Positions 9,796-18,283 of a stretch of 58,648 nt of DNA are shown here, one piece after another. Each line of letters starts with the position of its first letter. The stretch's first letter is position 1. This stretch comes from an uncultured Lachnospiraceae bacterium. GTDB lineage: Bacteria > Bacillota > Clostridia > Lachnospirales > Lachnospiraceae. A program made the translations under genes and the position numbers. The stretch lies in NCBI GenBank assembly GCA_946629665.1, contig CAMOYC010000001.1:1-58648 (forward strand), read 5' to 3'. The notes under the pieces are model-generated. The model ran no database searches. It saw nothing but the letters and a program-made list of their open reading frames with translations, and was not told the origin of the DNA.

Positions 9796-10587
9796 ATGAG
9801 TGTAAGTGGTATTATCCTTGCGGCAGCGGTCGTTGGAGGAACCGGACTTGTTATTTCCGTCCTTCTTGGTATCGCTTCCGAAAAGTTTAAAGTGCCGGTT
9901 GACGAGAAGGAAGTTGCCGTAAGAGAAGTCCTTCCCGGAAACAACTGCGGCGGCTGTGGCTTTGCCGGCTGTGACGCCCTGGCTAAGGCTATCGCAGCAG
10001 GCGACGCGGACGTGGGTGCCTGCCCGGTTGGCGGAGTTCCCGTTGCAGAGAAGATTGCCGAGATCATGGGCGTTGAGGCCGAGGAAGGTGACAAGATGGT
10101 TGCCTTTGTAAAGTGCGCCGGCGACTGCCAGAAGGCAAAGAGTAAATATAATTACTCCGGGATCGAGGATTGCGTCAGCGCGATCAGTGTTCCCGGCGGC
10201 GGCCCTAAGACCTGTGCTTACGGCTGTACCGGTTTTGGAAGCTGTGTAAAGGCCTGTGCCTTTGACGCGATCCATGTTGTTAACGGCATTGCTGTTGTCG
10301 ATGAAGAAAAGTGTGTTGCCTGCGGCAAATGTGTGTCGACCTGTCCGAAACACCTGATCGAGCTGATCCCTTACGGCCGCAAGTACCGGGTACAGTGTTC
10401 CTCCAGGGAATTCGGTAAGCCGGTCAAGGAAGCCTGCCAGACAGGCTGTATCGGCTGCAAGATGTGCACCAAACAGTGCAAGTATGACGCGATCACTGTC
10501 GAGGACAATATTGCCCACATCGACTATGAAAAATGTGTGGAATGCGGGGCTTGCGCAGCCAAGTGCCCTGCCAAGGTGATCCTTTAG
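9796..10587 (+). CDS. rnfB: Rnf complex subunit B
   Basis: TM anchor, LPGNNCGGCGFAGC and several ferredoxin CxxCxxC motifs. Confidence 0.95.
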   Translation: MSVSGIILAAAVVGGTGLVISVLLGIASEKFKVPVDEKEVAVREVLPGNNCGGCGFAGCDALAKAIAAGDADVGACPVGGVPVAEKIAEIMGVEAEEGDKMVAFVKCAGDCQKAKSKYNYSGIEDCVSAISVPGGGPKTCAYGCTGFGSCVKACAFDAIHVVNGIAVVDEEKCVACGKCVSTCPKHLIELIPYGRKYRVQCSSREFGKPVKEACQTGCIGCKMCTKQCKYDAITVEDNIAHIDYEKCVECGACAAKCPAKVIL

Positions 10588-10619
10588 CGCAGATCATTAC
10601 AAAAAGCATATATGAGATC

Positions 10620-10649
10620 AGAAAGCCGGATGATTCCGGCTTTCTTTCT
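10620..10649 (+). terminator. Intrinsic terminator of the rnf operon
   Basis: AGAAAGCCGGA-tgat-TCCGGCTTTCT followed by a T-rich tail. Confidence 0.8.
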
Positions 10650-10751
10650 GTAATAAAAACGCAAGAAAATATCTTGAAAATGTTCACATTTTTCGAGTAT
10701 AGTCATTGGCGTGCTATTAAAAGCCTAAAAATGAAATGAAGGTGTCATATT

Positions 10752-11612
10752 ATGCCATATCAGAAATTTACGGGATCTTTTCGAAGTTCCAATGGATCAA
10801 ACCGAATACAATATTACATTTATGAACCGGAAGCCGATATCCATGCTGTGTTTTTCTTTGTTCCGGAGCTTGGAGACAGTGTGGAAGGGAATGAGCAACT
10901 GACGGAGTATCTTACCGACCGGGGAATCCTGGTATGCGGATGCGACGGGATCGGCCAGGGAAAATCAAAGGACGGAGCTCCGGAGGGGGTGTTTGCCCAC
11001 AAGGAAGGCTGGCTGTGCCTGGAAAGGGACGTGCGTAAGCTGATCCGCTATGTCCGAAAAGAATATGTGGAACAGCCGCTCTTTCTCTGCGGACAGGGGA
11101 TTGGTTCCCTGATCGCCCGAAGAGCTGCTTTAAAAGAACCTGTCAGCGGACTGATCCTTCTCAGTCCCGCCGGGAAGCGTAGATTCGTCCGCCGTAAAGT
11201 TATCCTTTCTGCCATAGCAAAGAGGATCCTCGGAGAGAAAACCCGGGTACTGCCGGATGAGCGTCTTTTGCCGGAGAGTGAGAGGACAGATTTTCCTATG
11301 ACCATCAGTAGCAGGGAAGATATCCTTAAGCTGATCACCGTCACATCCTCCACGGTATGGTACGCATCTCTGTCCAAGGACCTGCCGGTATGTATCCTGG
11401 CGGGCAGCGAGGATCCCACGGGTGAACGGGGAAACATCAGCCGGACCATCTATGACCGCCTGAAGGCCAGCGGTCACAATACAGACCTGATCCTGTACCC
11501 CGGGATGGGACATTTTCTTCAGGATGAGGAAGAGGCTGACCGGGTTTATGAGGATATTGCCGGGTGGATCCTTGAAAAGACCTGGGGAGAAGTCCCGGAA
11601 TACCTGTTTTAA
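10752..11612 (+). CDS. Alpha/beta-hydrolase (lysophospholipase/monoglyceride-lipase-like), nucleophile motif degenerate
   Basis: DGIGQGKS, LAGSEDP and YPGMGH match the family, but the elbow reads GQGIG instead of GxSxG. Confidence 0.75.
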   Translation: MPYQKFTGSFRSSNGSNRIQYYIYEPEADIHAVFFFVPELGDSVEGNEQLTEYLTDRGILVCGCDGIGQGKSKDGAPEGVFAHKEGWLCLERDVRKLIRYVRKEYVEQPLFLCGQGIGSLIARRAALKEPVSGLILLSPAGKRRFVRRKVILSAIAKRILGEKTRVLPDERLLPESERTDFPMTISSREDILKLITVTSSTVWYASLSKDLPVCILAGSEDPTGERGNISRTIYDRLKASGHNTDLILYPGMGHFLQDEEEADRVYEDIAGWILEKTWGEVPEYLF

Positions 11613-11721
11613 AAATCTCTCATTTCTGCTATAATTAACCTGAGATAGTTGATCAGGGTTGCAGGCCCGCCGGAAAAACGGACCGGGTCATGTGACTGGC
11701 GAAAAGAGAACGGAGAGAAAT

Positions 11722-12180
11722 ATGAAGTGTCCTTTTTGTGGATTAGATAACACAAGAGTAATTGATTCCAGACCTGCGGATGATAATTCATCCATTCGGC
11801 GCCGTCGCCTGTGTGATGAGTGCAACAAGAGATTTACCACCTATGAAAGGGTGGAGATCCTTCCCCTGACGGTCATAAAAAAAGACCAGACACGGGAACC
11901 TTATGATCGGTCCAAGATCCTCTCCGGAATTATGCGGGCCTGCCATAAGCGTCCGGTATCCGTTGAGAAGATTGAGGAGACTGTGAACCAGATTGAGAAT
12001 GAACTGTTTAATCTGGAATACAAGGAGATTGAGAGCCGTCAGATCGGCGAGATCGTCATGGAGCATCTGAAGAATCTGGAGCAGGTTGCCTATGTACGTT
12101 TTGCTTCCGTCTACCGGGAATTTAAAGATGTGCCGACTTTCATGAATGAATTAAAGAAAATGCTGGATAGTAACGACTGA
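11722..12180 (+). CDS. nrdR: Transcriptional repressor NrdR
   Basis: MKCPFCG..RVIDSR..IRRRRLC..C.KRFTTYE Zn ribbon, ATP-cone and AYVRFASVY. True start is the ATG at 11722. Confidence 0.97.
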   Translation: MKCPFCGLDNTRVIDSRPADDNSSIRRRRLCDECNKRFTTYERVEILPLTVIKKDQTREPYDRSKILSGIMRACHKRPVSVEKIEETVNQIENELFNLEYKEIESRQIGEIVMEHLKNLEQVAYVRFASVYREFKDVPTFMNELKKMLDSND

Positions 12181-12211
12181 TATTTTATTCCGATCATCCT
12201 GACAGATCTTA

Positions 12212-12273
12212 AGAGCATAGGAACCGATTCCTCACCCTGTCGTGAGGCACCGGTCCCTGTGCTCTCTTTTTTT
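12212..12273 (+). terminator. Long-stem intrinsic terminator after nrdR
   Basis: AGAGCATAGG...CCTGTGCTCT stem (one G-U pair) with inner CCTCAC/GTGAGG, followed by a T7 tract. Confidence 0.7.
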
Positions 12274-12396
12274 AATTAATACTTGAAATGCTCCTGAGGA
12301 TATGATATACAATTATTACCATAAATATACATTATATGGTAATACAGTTAATAACAGGAATTTTGTAGGAAGAACAGAAACGGGGGATGTTCAGTT

Positions 12397-13998
12397 ATGG
12401 TTGCAGAAACAGTAAGCGGTATGGTACAGGGCGTAGAGGGTACCCTGGTAGAGGTCCAGGCCGATATCAGCAGCGGCCTGCCTGTCTTTATGATGATCGG
12501 GCTCCTGTCCAGTGAAGTAAAGGAGGCAAAGGAGAGAGTCCGCACGGCGATGAAGAACTCAGGATATATCCTGCCGCCCAGGAGAGTAGCGGTAAATCTT
12601 GCGCCTGCAGATATCAAGAAGTACGGGACCGGTTTTGACCTGGCGATCACGGTGGCTCTGTTTGTATCTCTGGGCATCGTTTTCCAGGAGCGGGTAAGGG
12701 ATATGGTCTTTGTTGGTGAGCTGGCGCTGGACGGAAGCCTGTCTGCTCTTCCCGGTGTTCTTCCAATCGTAAAAGAAGCCAGAGATAGGGGCTATAGCTG
12801 CTGTGTTGTGCCTGCGGAAAATGTCAGAGAGGCTTCTGTGATCGAAAATATCCGGATCGTTGGGATCACCCACATTACAGAGCTTGCTGCCTGGCTGTCC
12901 GGAGGGCAGGCACCGGAATACACGGACCGGGAGCCCGGAGAGGAGGAGGATGATACTCCTGATCCGGCTCTCTTTTCTTCATTCCGGCTGGTGGGTGACC
13001 TGTCCCGGGTCAGAGGACAGAAAAATGCCAGGAGAGCTCTGGAGATCGCTGCAGCAGGTTTTCATAATCTTTTCCTGGATGGGCCCCCTGGTGTTGGCAA
13101 GTCTATGGTGGCCTCCTGTCTGCCAGGGATCATGCCCCCTATGACGTTGGAAGAGATGATCGAAACAACTATGGTCTACAGTGTAAAAGGTCTTTTAAGC
13201 AAGAGGTTCAGTCTGATCCGGGACCGCCCCTTCCGCGCTCCCTCCCACGCGGTGACCTTTGCAGGCATGTTCGGAGGAGGGAGGATCCCAAAACCGGGAG
13301 AGATCTCACTGGCCCATCATGGAGTACTATTTCTTGATGAGCTGCCGGAATTCGGAAGAGATATGATCGAGAAGTTTCGGATCCCTCTTGAGACCAATGA
13401 GATCCAGCTGACCCGGTTCGAAAGAACGCTTACCTTTCCAGCGGATTTTCTGCTGATCGCGGCAGCTAATCCCTGCCCCTGCGGATATTATCCGGACCTG
13501 ACGAGGTGCCGGTGCTTCCCGAATGAGATCATCCGTTACCGGAATAAGCTGAGCGGTCCGGTCCTGGACAGGATCGACCTGTTTGTAAGATGTGATGAAG
13601 TATCCTATGAAGACCTGTCTTCCAAAGACCTTGGAGAATCTTCAGCCAGTGTGCAAAAAAGGGTGATGCAGGCCTGGGAAAGACAGCAGGAGCGTTTTGC
13701 CGGAGCCCCGATCCATTTTAACGGAAGGATGACACAGGAGATGATCGAGCGCTATTGCCGTCTGGAACCGGAGGGGTCCAGACTGATGGGACAGGCTTTC
13801 CAGGTATTTTCCTTAAGCGGCAGGTCCTATTTCAGGATCCTCAGGATCGCCAGGACCATAGCGGACCTGGACGGATCAGATTCTATAAAACTTTGCCATC
13901 TGGAAGAGGCTTTACATTTCAGGATGGTCATGGGAGAGAAGGCGGAAAAGGAATTTGTTACTCCGTCTTCCGTAAAAAGGTTGGGGGGACAAGCCTAA
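12397..13998 (+). CDS. comM: YifB/ComM family Mg-chelatase-like AAA+ ATPase
   Basis: VNLAPADIKK.G.GFDL, Walker A GPPGVGKS, GEISLAHHGVLFLDELPEF, NPCPCG and SGPVLDRID motifs. Confidence 0.92.
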   Translation: MVAETVSGMVQGVEGTLVEVQADISSGLPVFMMIGLLSSEVKEAKERVRTAMKNSGYILPPRRVAVNLAPADIKKYGTGFDLAITVALFVSLGIVFQERVRDMVFVGELALDGSLSALPGVLPIVKEARDRGYSCCVVPAENVREASVIENIRIVGITHITELAAWLSGGQAPEYTDREPGEEEDDTPDPALFSSFRLVGDLSRVRGQKNARRALEIAAAGFHNLFLDGPPGVGKSMVASCLPGIMPPMTLEEMIETTMVYSVKGLLSKRFSLIRDRPFRAPSHAVTFAGMFGGGRIPKPGEISLAHHGVLFLDELPEFGRDMIEKFRIPLETNEIQLTRFERTLTFPADFLLIAAANPCPCGYYPDLTRCRCFPNEIIRYRNKLSGPVLDRIDLFVRCDEVSYEDLSSKDLGESSASVQKRVMQAWERQQERFAGAPIHFNGRMTQEMIERYCRLEPEGSRLMGQAFQVFSLSGRSYFRILRIARTIADLDGSDSIKLCHLEEALHFRMVMGEKAEKEFVTPSSVKRLGGQA

Positions 13999-15098
13999 TG
14001 GATCTTGCTCATATCTGGTTTTGGTTTTTGAATATCCCGGGGCTGGGTCCTACCTTGAGAACCACTCTTTTGGAGGAATTCAAACATCCGCTTCACGTTT
14101 TTAAGGCAGACAGAAAAGATCTGTCCCCTTTTCTGAAAGACAGAGTTCTGGATACCCTGGTCAGGACCAGGGACCCGGAGAAGATCATGAAAAAATACAG
14201 GGAATTACAGGAGAAGGGGATTCATTTTCTTCACAGGGAGATGAACGAGTTTCCGGAAAGGCTGCGGCATATTGAAGATCCGCCCATGGGTCTTTACCTG
14301 ATCGGGAAGCTTCCGGACCCGGCCAGGCCGATACTGGCAATGGTGGGTTCCCGCAGGTCTACCGTATACGGCCGGGAGATGGCTTCCCGCTATGCCGGTG
14401 AACTGGGGGCAAGAGGCGTACAGATCATCAGCGGACTTGCTCTGGGTGTGGATGCAGCCAGCCACAGAGGTGCTCTGGATGCGGGGGCTTATACCATGGG
14501 GATCGTAGGCGGAGGGATTGATACGACCTATCCCAGAGAGAATTATAATCTCTACCGCCAGCTGTATCAAAGAGGAGGAGTCCTGTCAGAATACGGACCC
14601 GGAATACCCAACCGGTCGGGCCTGTTTCCGAGAAGGAACCGGCTGATCAGCGGGATTTCTGACGGGGTGTTTGTGCTGGAAGCCGGGTGTAAGAGCGGGT
14701 CTCTGATCACTGCCAGCCACGGTCTGCTGCAGGGGAAAGATATTTTTGCGTTGCCGGGCCGGATCACAGATCCTCTGAGTGCCGGCTGCAACTACCTGAT
14801 CTCCCAGGGGGCTGTGCTCGTTCAGACCCCGAGAGATATCCTGGAGGTTTTGGGCGATCGGGGCTATGGCCTGGCTGATCATGAGAAGATAAAGATCACT
14901 TCCAGCAAAAGAATGCTTGACGGACCGGAGGAAAATGTGATATACAACCTCATTGACGGGAAAAGTCCGGTATCCTTTGAACGGCTTCTTTTACTGAGTG
15001 GATATGAGGTAACAAAATTGACTTCCATTCTGCTGAAGCTGGAGATGGGAGGCTGGATCTTTCAACCAAGGCAGGATCTGTATTTACATAAATTATAA
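13998..15098 (+). CDS. dprA: DNA-processing protein DprA
   Basis: VGSR, ISGLALGVD, FPRRNRLISGIS and SGSLITA motifs. Start ATG overlaps the comM stop (TAATG). Confidence 0.95.
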   Translation: MDLAHIWFWFLNIPGLGPTLRTTLLEEFKHPLHVFKADRKDLSPFLKDRVLDTLVRTRDPEKIMKKYRELQEKGIHFLHREMNEFPERLRHIEDPPMGLYLIGKLPDPARPILAMVGSRRSTVYGREMASRYAGELGARGVQIISGLALGVDAASHRGALDAGAYTMGIVGGGIDTTYPRENYNLYRQLYQRGGVLSEYGPGIPNRSGLFPRRNRLISGISDGVFVLEAGCKSGSLITASHGLLQGKDIFALPGRITDPLSAGCNYLISQGAVLVQTPRDILEVLGDRGYGLADHEKIKITSSKRMLDGPEENVIYNLIDGKSPVSFERLLLLSGYEVTKLTSILLKLEMGGWIFQPRQDLYLHKL

Positions 15099-15219
15099 GT
15101 GCTTTCACATTTTTTCTTGCGTGGTTGAGAAAAATAGTGTATGATTGTTAAGGTTTTTATATAATCTTGTGGTTATCACTTTTTTATAAAAAACTTATAG
15201 AAGTGGAGTGTAAGAATAC

Positions 15220-17292
15220 ATGCCGACAAAAAAACTTGTGATAGTCGAGTCCCCGGCTAAGGCAAAAACCATACAGAAGTTTCTGGGTAAGACCTATAAA
15301 GTCATCGCCTCAAATGGCCATGTGAGGGATCTGCCTAAAAGCACGATGGGAATTGATGTGGATAATGATTTTGAGCCCAAGTACATCACCATCCGTGGGA
15401 AAGGGGAAATGCTTGCCCAGCTCAGAAAAGAAGTAAAAAAAGCAGATATCATCTATCTGGCTACTGACCCGGACCGGGAAGGAGAAGCGATTTCCTGGCA
15501 TCTGATCTATGCGCTGAAACTGGAAGGAAAGAAATACACCAGGATCACTTTTAACGAGATCACCAAAGATGCGGTCAAGAGTGCCATAAAAAATGCCCGC
15601 GATATCGATATGAACTTAGTGGATGCCCAGCAGGCCCGAAGAGTTCTTGACCGGGTTGTGGGGTATAAACTGAGTCCGATCCTCTGGTCCAAGATCAAGA
15701 GGGGACTGTCTGCCGGACGTGTTCAGTCCGTCGCTCTTCGTATTATCAATGACCGGGAAAAGGAGATCAATGAATTCATCTCCCGGGAATACTGGACTCT
15801 GCAGGCTGACCTGCTGACCCCTTATGGCAAGAAGCCCCTTGAGGCTACTCTGGTCAGTGATAAAAAGGGGAAGATCGAGATCCGTTCCAGAGAAGAGATG
15901 GACCGGATCCTTGATGAGCTGAAAGACCAGCAGTTCCATGTGCATTCCATCCAGAAGCATGACAGAAAGATCAAGGCTCCATTGCCTTTTACAACCAGTA
16001 CCCTGCAGCAGGAGGCCTCCAGAAAGCTGAACATGTCTCCTCAGAAAACCATGAGACTTGCTCAGGAACTTTATGAAGGGATCTCCTTAAAGGGCCGGGG
16101 TACCGTTGGTTTGATCACGTATCTCCGTACGGATTCCACCAGGATATCCGAAACGGCGGATGCAAACTGCAAAGCTTATATCGAAGAAAAATATGGCCTT
16201 GAATATGTTGGCCGGAAGTCAGGTTCGAAGAAGAATAACGGAAGCAGGAAGGTTCAGGATGCCCATGAGGCAATCCGGCCCACCGACCTTACCCTGCACC
16301 CGGATCTGGTAAAGACCCAGATCTCCAGAGATCTTTACCGGTTATATCAGCTGATCTGGCTCCGCTTTATCTCCAGCCGGATGGCGGAGGCGGTGCATGA
16401 GACCACATCCATCAAGATCGGGGCAGGAGAGTATACTTTTAAGGCATCCGGAACCCGAACAAAGTTTGACGGATTCCAGGCCCTTTACCGGTATGAGACG
16501 GAGAAGGACACACTGAGCGCGGTCATGAAAAAGATTGACAAGGATACTGAACTTGTCCTTCAGGAGTGGAAGCCGGAACAGCATTTTACCCAGCCTCCGG
16601 CTCATTACACGGAAGCTTCCCTGGTGAAAACATTGGAAGAACTCGGGATCGGACGTCCTTCCACTTATGCGCCTACGATCTCTACCCTGATCAGCAGAAG
16701 GTATATCGTAAAAGAAAAAAAGAACCTGCATATGACGGAGCTCGGCGAGGCAGTCAATGAGATCATGATCCATGGATTCCCGTCCATCGTTAATGTGAAT
16801 TTTACTGCTAACATGGAATCGCTGCTCGACGGTGTGGAGGACGGCAAGCTGCATTGGAAGACCATTATCGAGAATTTCTATCCGGATCTGGAAGAAGCAG
16901 TGAATGTTGCGGAAAAAGAGCTGGATAAGGTAAAGATCGCTGATGAGATTTCTGAAGAAACCTGTGATGAGTGCGGAAGGAACATGGTGATCAAGTACGG
17001 TCCTCATGGTAAGTTCCTTGCCTGCCCTGGCTTTCCGGAATGCAGGTGCACCAAGCCTTATTTTGAAAAGATTGGTGTCAGCTGTCCCCGTTGCGGAAAA
17101 GATATCGTCCTGAAAAAGACCAAAAAAGGAAGAAAATATTACGGATGTATTGATAATCCAAATTGTGAATTCATGAGCTGGCAGAAACCCTCTGAAAAAC
17201 GTTGCCCGGACTGCGGCAGCTACATGGTGGAGAAAGGGAAGAAGCTCGTTTGCTCAGACCAGACCTGTGGCTATGTCACAGACTTAAAATAA
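15220..17292 (+). CDS. topA: DNA topoisomerase I
   Basis: LVIVESPAKAK, ATDPDREGE, SAGRVQS, ITYLRTDS, GIGRPSTY motifs and C-terminal Zn ribbons. Confidence 0.98.
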   Translation: MPTKKLVIVESPAKAKTIQKFLGKTYKVIASNGHVRDLPKSTMGIDVDNDFEPKYITIRGKGEMLAQLRKEVKKADIIYLATDPDREGEAISWHLIYALKLEGKKYTRITFNEITKDAVKSAIKNARDIDMNLVDAQQARRVLDRVVGYKLSPILWSKIKRGLSAGRVQSVALRIINDREKEINEFISREYWTLQADLLTPYGKKPLEATLVSDKKGKIEIRSREEMDRILDELKDQQFHVHSIQKHDRKIKAPLPFTTSTLQQEASRKLNMSPQKTMRLAQELYEGISLKGRGTVGLITYLRTDSTRISETADANCKAYIEEKYGLEYVGRKSGSKKNNGSRKVQDAHEAIRPTDLTLHPDLVKTQISRDLYRLYQLIWLRFISSRMAEAVHETTSIKIGAGEYTFKASGTRTKFDGFQALYRYETEKDTLSAVMKKIDKDTELVLQEWKPEQHFTQPPAHYTEASLVKTLEELGIGRPSTYAPTISTLISRRYIVKEKKNLHMTELGEAVNEIMIHGFPSIVNVNFTANMESLLDGVEDGKLHWKTIIENFYPDLEEAVNVAEKELDKVKIADEISEETCDECGRNMVIKYGPHGKFLACPGFPECRCTKPYFEKIGVSCPRCGKDIVLKKTKKGRKYYGCIDNPNCEFMSWQKPSEKRCPDCGSYMVEKGKKLVCSDQTCGYVTDLK

Positions 17293-17301
17293 TACCGGGA
17301 A

Positions 17302-17339
17302 AAGGTTCGGCCTGTTTTACAGGTCGGACCTTATTTTTT
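17302..17339 (+). terminator. Intrinsic terminator after topA
   Basis: AAGGTTCGGCCTG-tttta-CAGGTCGGACCTT followed by ATTTTTT. Confidence 0.75.
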
Positions 17340-17487
17340 GGAATAATTTAAATTGTTCTAATTGCAGACCTAATTAGAAATAATTTCATAAAAAATTCGA
17401 CAATTACCTTGTTGCAGGAGGGTGAATATGTTAAAATGTTAAATGTAGAAGACTGTTTCTGTAACAATTATTAATACGGAGGAAACA

Positions 17488-18258
17488 ATGAGTGTTCAAT
17501 TACTAGACAAGACCAGAAAGATCAATAAATTATTACACAATAATAATTCCCATAAAGTTGTGTTTAATGATATCTGTGAAGTACTTAGTGACATTCTTCA
17601 GTCCAACGTTTTGGTGATCAGCCGGAAGGGTAAGGTCCTGGGAATCAGGAACCGGCAGGATACGGTGATGATCGATGCCCTGATCACGAATGTGGTAGGT
17701 GATCATATCGACGAATTGCTGAATGAGAGGCTGCTGGGGGTTCTGTCCACAAAAGAGAATGTCAATCTGGAGACCTTGGGATTTGAGCTGGATGATCCCT
17801 ACAGGTATCAGGCTATGATCACCCCCATCGACATAGCCGGCGAGCGACTGGGAACCGTGTTTATGTACCGGGAGACCAAACCCTACGAAATCGATGATAT
17901 CATTCTCATTGAGTACGGGACCACCGTTGTGGGGCTGGAGATGATGCGGTCGGTCAACGAGGAGAATGCGGAGGAGATGCGAAAGATCTCCATTGTAAAA
18001 TCAGCGATCTCCACATTATCCTTCTCAGAACTCGAAGCAATCCAGCATATTTTTGATGAGTTGAATGGCACCGAGGGAATCCTGGTTGCCAGCAAGATAG
18101 CCGACCGGGTCGGCATTACAAGATCGGTGATCGTGAACGCGCTCAGAAAATTCGAGAGTGCAGGGGTTATTGAATCACGGTCGTCTGGCATGAAGGGAAC
18201 GTATATAAAAGTACTTAACGATGTAGTATTTGATGAACTGAAGAAAATGAAGCACTAG
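17488..18258 (+). CDS. codY: GTP/BCAA-sensing global regulator CodY
   Basis: LLDKTRKIN at the N-terminus; HTH ASKIADRVGITRSVIVNALRKFESAGVIESRS.GMKGT. Confidence 0.97.
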   Translation: MSVQLLDKTRKINKLLHNNNSHKVVFNDICEVLSDILQSNVLVISRKGKVLGIRNRQDTVMIDALITNVVGDHIDELLNERLLGVLSTKENVNLETLGFELDDPYRYQAMITPIDIAGERLGTVFMYRETKPYEIDDIILIEYGTTVVGLEMMRSVNEENAEEMRKISIVKSAISTLSFSELEAIQHIFDELNGTEGILVASKIADRVGITRSVIVNALRKFESAGVIESRSSGMKGTYIKVLNDVVFDELKKMKH

Positions 18259-18283
18259 GTCAATGTATTGTGGAGGATGACAA

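Noticed and set aside
13755-13997. N-terminal extension of DprA in the ORF track
   Set aside because: Overlaps comM; the TAATG-coupled ATG at 13998 gives a normal-length DprA. Similar over-extensions were trimmed for nrdR, rpsB, nrdG, nrdD, the TPR gene and the permease at 51972.
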